DNA of 62,417 bases, counting the filler, from Choristocarpus tenellus KU-1152 (lineage: Eukaryota > Protista > Phaeophyceae): NCBI GenBank assembly GCA_964200185.2. It is 13 parts of 13 records of this genome, joined end to end, with 100 filler letters (N's around TTAATTAATTAA, not from the genome) between each part and the next. Parts side by side here need not be neighbours in the genome. Positions count along the whole stretch, not along the records: positions 54,952 to 62,417 come from CAXNAD020006111.1; 12 more parts are not named here. One strand, written 5' to 3'. Under the pieces are notes generated by a model that searched no databases, was not told where the DNA came from, and worked only from the letters and a program-made list of their open reading frames with translations. This document shows positions 58,998-62,417 of the stretch, in pieces (positions within the stretch are counted from its first letter, which is position 1; each line of letters starts with the position of its first letter). The position numbers were made by a program, and so were the translations under genes.

Positions 58998-61001
58998 ATG
59001 TCCACAAAGTCCAGCAACGACTGCATCACACGCGGGGGGGTGAGCCTGGCGACCTTGGAGCAGCACTATGACCGTCCTCTCATGGAGGTGGCGAAGTCCG
59101 TAGGCATTAGCATTACTATGTTCAAGAAGGTCTGTCGGAAATTTGGTATCCAGCGATGGCCGCATCGACAGATACGCTCAATAGACAAAGCAATAGAAGA
59201 GTTAGAGTCCAAGTTGGATACCGAGTCGGAGGAGGAAAAGGGTATCATCAGAAAAAAAAAGGTGAGGAAGACTGTGGTCGTGATAGGTTCATGCGTCCCA
59301 CTCAACCACAAGAGGTGTCAAACCAATGAACTCCCCTGACCGAAGATCAAAACGACTACAGTTTTCTGGCAGTAGACCTACTCGTCTTATTGCCTCGTCT
59401 TGGTTTCTGGACTGTCTCGCCTCACTGTCTACGGCCAATGAACACCCGCAGCCCTCATTCGTCATATTAACACCCTCCAGTCTAGGAACTAGGAATCATA
59501 TAGCCTCCCACTAAATCTTCAATCGTTTCCGTCGTTTTTCCATCGTCGTTTTGGACTGACCCGACCTGATACCTGCCAGTTGAATCTACTGAAGAAGAAG
59601 CGCAGTCTCGTTGTCCGCGGGGCAAGCTCTGGCCTCCGACCCAACCTCCGGAACGCAATATTCCTTGCAAGTCTGGAGGAGATTGAGGAGGAGCACCTCT
59701 TCAATCTCGACATCCCCCATCTGCAACAGGGCTTGGCTCCCCATTTTCTTTCTCTCAAAAACCGCACCCCTGAGATCGCCAACTTACTACAGGATCAGGA
59801 GGAAAACATACTCACTCCTTCAAGTCTGATGACGCAGCCAGCCTATTCTGTCGCAGCTACCAAGATTTCGTTGGTGTCTCCACCTCACTTTGATGCACTC
59901 ACAGGAATATCTGGCAGAGAAGGGGTGATTCCTAACGGAATGCCTAGCATGCTGCCTTCAGCTTCATCAAGGGGTATACATGGGAAGAAGGGGGCGCCTG
60001 GCGATTGCCTCCTATCCAAGTCATTAGTGGGAAACAGTGTAAGGCAACCCACAGGAGAAATTGGTACTACTGGCACGTATGGGGCAAAGCAACCTCTGAA
60101 CGGACATATTCACAATAGAAGAGTAGAATACCCAGATTTTTTAAGCTACCTCACTCATATGCATTCACATGAAGGATCCCAAGTGCCTGGGGCAATGGTG
60201 ACGAATTCCCTTGCAGCATCTGAGCACATAGGTGGGTTGACTCCAACACAACAGCTATCGGGACAAAGTCACTGTGGGGGAATTTATCCACATCGTCTTC
60301 ACCATACTCAGGTCCAGCCATCACACTCTGCCCACTCAAGCTACAGCAATTTGCAGCAGCAACGAGAGAGTGCACTTCTTGATGGTGTTTTCAGCCTAGC
60401 CAAGTACCAACAAGAATGCAATCAGGTGCATTTCCCAGGCCCTCGGTTGGATGAGCACAATTACCATCCCCAGCTACATCCAGGGCAGCATGATCTTGGA
60501 CTCCCAAATCATTACCTGATCCCACCTCGACCTTCTTACCTACACCCACTCTACCATACCCAACCCCACCCTCCGACACAATCACAAATTCATCAACAGT
60601 TGGCTCACCAGCATATGGTAGGACAGTCGCATGCACTTGTGCCCCCTTCACAGTTTGATTTCCCCAACCACATTGACTTCTCCAACGGCATCCTCAGTGG
60701 TCCAATTTTGCGAGGGGGGGCAGGGGTGGTCACCCCAGGAATGCCTACATCACTCCCTCAGACTGTGGTGACAACAGCGTCAACTATGCAGAAACAGGTT
60801 ATGCATGCGATGGGGATACCCAAGTCGTCTGCAATCACCACAGCACGACTGGTGGGACTCAACAAGGCTCAAGGGATTAAGTCAACGGTTTATCCACACT
60901 GCTTGAGTGGAGCGAGCTACCTGGGGGGGGACCAGCAGCAATTACAGCTGTCTGCCAGGGATACTGCAAGTGTAGACGGTGGGATGCAAGTGGTAATGTA
61001 G
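58998..61001 (+). CDS. RWP-RK domain transcription factor (exons 58998-59261, 59580-61001; ~561 aa)
   Basis: VSLATLEQHYDRPLMEVAKSVGISITMFKKVCRKFGIQRWPHRQIRSI is a clear RWP-RK domain. A phase-0 GT-AG intron joins it to a 473-codon exon with a coiled-coil extension and a His/Gln/Pro-rich tail. Confidence 0.92.
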
Positions 61002-62417
61002 ATTGTTTTAGCTGCTATCTAGATTGGGTCTTTTTCCCAATCTGGTGAGGTGTAAACGCATACCTTACCCAGTCGTGATGACATGGCCTACACAGATTGG
61101 GTTGGGGGTAAGGGTGCCAGATAAATCACACTTTTAGACCGATTCCATCCTTGGGCGTGTTGGCTGCCTGTGCTTCATTCGAAGTGGTGTAGTAATTGCT
61201 TCTTCAGTGGTTGATGGAGTGAAATTTGTTATGTAACTTCAGACAGAATAACTACATTGCTGTTAGGTTGGGTAATGGTGTTATTGTTGTAATGCAGCTC
61301 CTGGGTATTCTTGAGCTCTTACTGTTGAATTGCTTTTGGAACCATCATTGATGAGATTCCACGCCATAGTATAATTGGTTCTGGCGTTTTGGGCTCAAAT
61401 ATCCTTCGAGGTGGCAATGATTTGGGCTCTGTGCCGGCCTGCAATTGTGTATCAAGCAGGATCTGTCGCTTTGTAGTGTCTAGTATTAGAATGTGTGCTT
61501 GCTGCACACTCAGTAAATTGCTGCAAGATTTTTCAAGTGTTGTAATGCTTTTCAGTCATGAGCAGTATTGAGAGTTGTAGTGGTAACTTCTCCTGGCACT
61601 AATGATACAGCATGCTCCAGAAGCTTACCTCCACAGGAGGTATAGCTTCAATCTACAGGCCTATAGATGACGCTAATGCGCGTAAAGGACTCCTGATGCA
61701 CAAGTCGTCAAGTGTGCTGGATCTCTCTCTTGGATTATTCCTTCGTAAGTATCATCAAAATCATTATATAAAAAGAACTGGCAACGATGTACCACCTGAA
61801 AGCATGATAATATCTAAATAATAAATAAATAGTCAAGAAATACAAATATATCAAATCTAGGACTTCAAGGTCATAATGGTATTTATGAAACCGCCACCAA
61901 GACATATCGCCTGTAACACTAAAAGGTGCTCCTTAGCACCACATTGCTCGCCATGCTCCTTCTCCATCACACTCTCTTCATGGACAGAACTATAGGTTAA
62001 CTTTCTAAAATAGAATTTCGTAAACACACCCTTTCACTCTTTTCTCGGCATAGATGAGAAAAGAGATTTGAGGTATGCATATGCTTGGCTGCAAGACGTT
62101 ATGCACCCTATTATTTGAACTGCACCCCTAAGGTATATATCCAGCAAGAGCGATGTTTTTTTGCGATTTCTGAGGAGTCAGTCATATGAACAATATGATG
62201 TACTCTCTACCTATCACTCCTAAGAATAAAGTGTATATCGATTTACCTGAATTGAGACATTCGGGTCATTTAAGACGCTGGGTTATATTTCAAAGTACAT
62301 AGCGGAGGCAAACAATTACGAAAATGTATAACAAAACACAAAAAGAAGCATGCACATCAGACTGTTTTGATGTTGCTGACCCAAAGTATCTGGGAGGGGG
62401 GGGGTCTACACCAGGGT

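Overview
This window is not one locus. It is 13 short eukaryotic contigs (1-4509, 4610-9438, 9539-14179, 14280-16891, 16992-21357, 21458-24299, 24400-26967, 27068-35836, 35937-43636, 43737-48260, 48361-51678, 51779-54851, 54952-62417) joined by twelve identical 100-nt N-spacers carrying TTAATTAATTAA, so adjacency across spacers is not evidence of linkage. Short exons with long GT-AG/GC-AG introns, a bipartite plastid-targeting presequence, a flagellar gene and TTAGGG tracts point to a photosynthetic stramenopile, probably a brown alga or close relative (inference). Manual splicing recovers partial genes for an ankyrin-repeat protein head-to-head with CFAP46, CCT6, a POTRA/Omp85 beta-barrel protein, ribonucleotide reductase large subunit, a probable TFIIE-beta, a plastid DprA/Smf-like Rossmann protein, SPCS2, a possible ELMO-domain protein, and an apparently complete RWP-RK transcription factor. 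The rest is largely decayed transposable elements (copia, hAT, RLE-type LINE, CACTA-like, Crypton-like), several MITE families including nested insertions, and minisatellites. The most unusual signals are two intron-containing decayed genes resembling prokaryote/phage-type modules (a ParB-like domain and a beta-class DNA N6/N4-methyltransferase-like fold), a 98-bp TG...CA element with a 5-bp target-site duplication, and a 78-bp bacterial pheS fragment at a contig start. All protein family calls come from motif recognition by eye, not from database searches.
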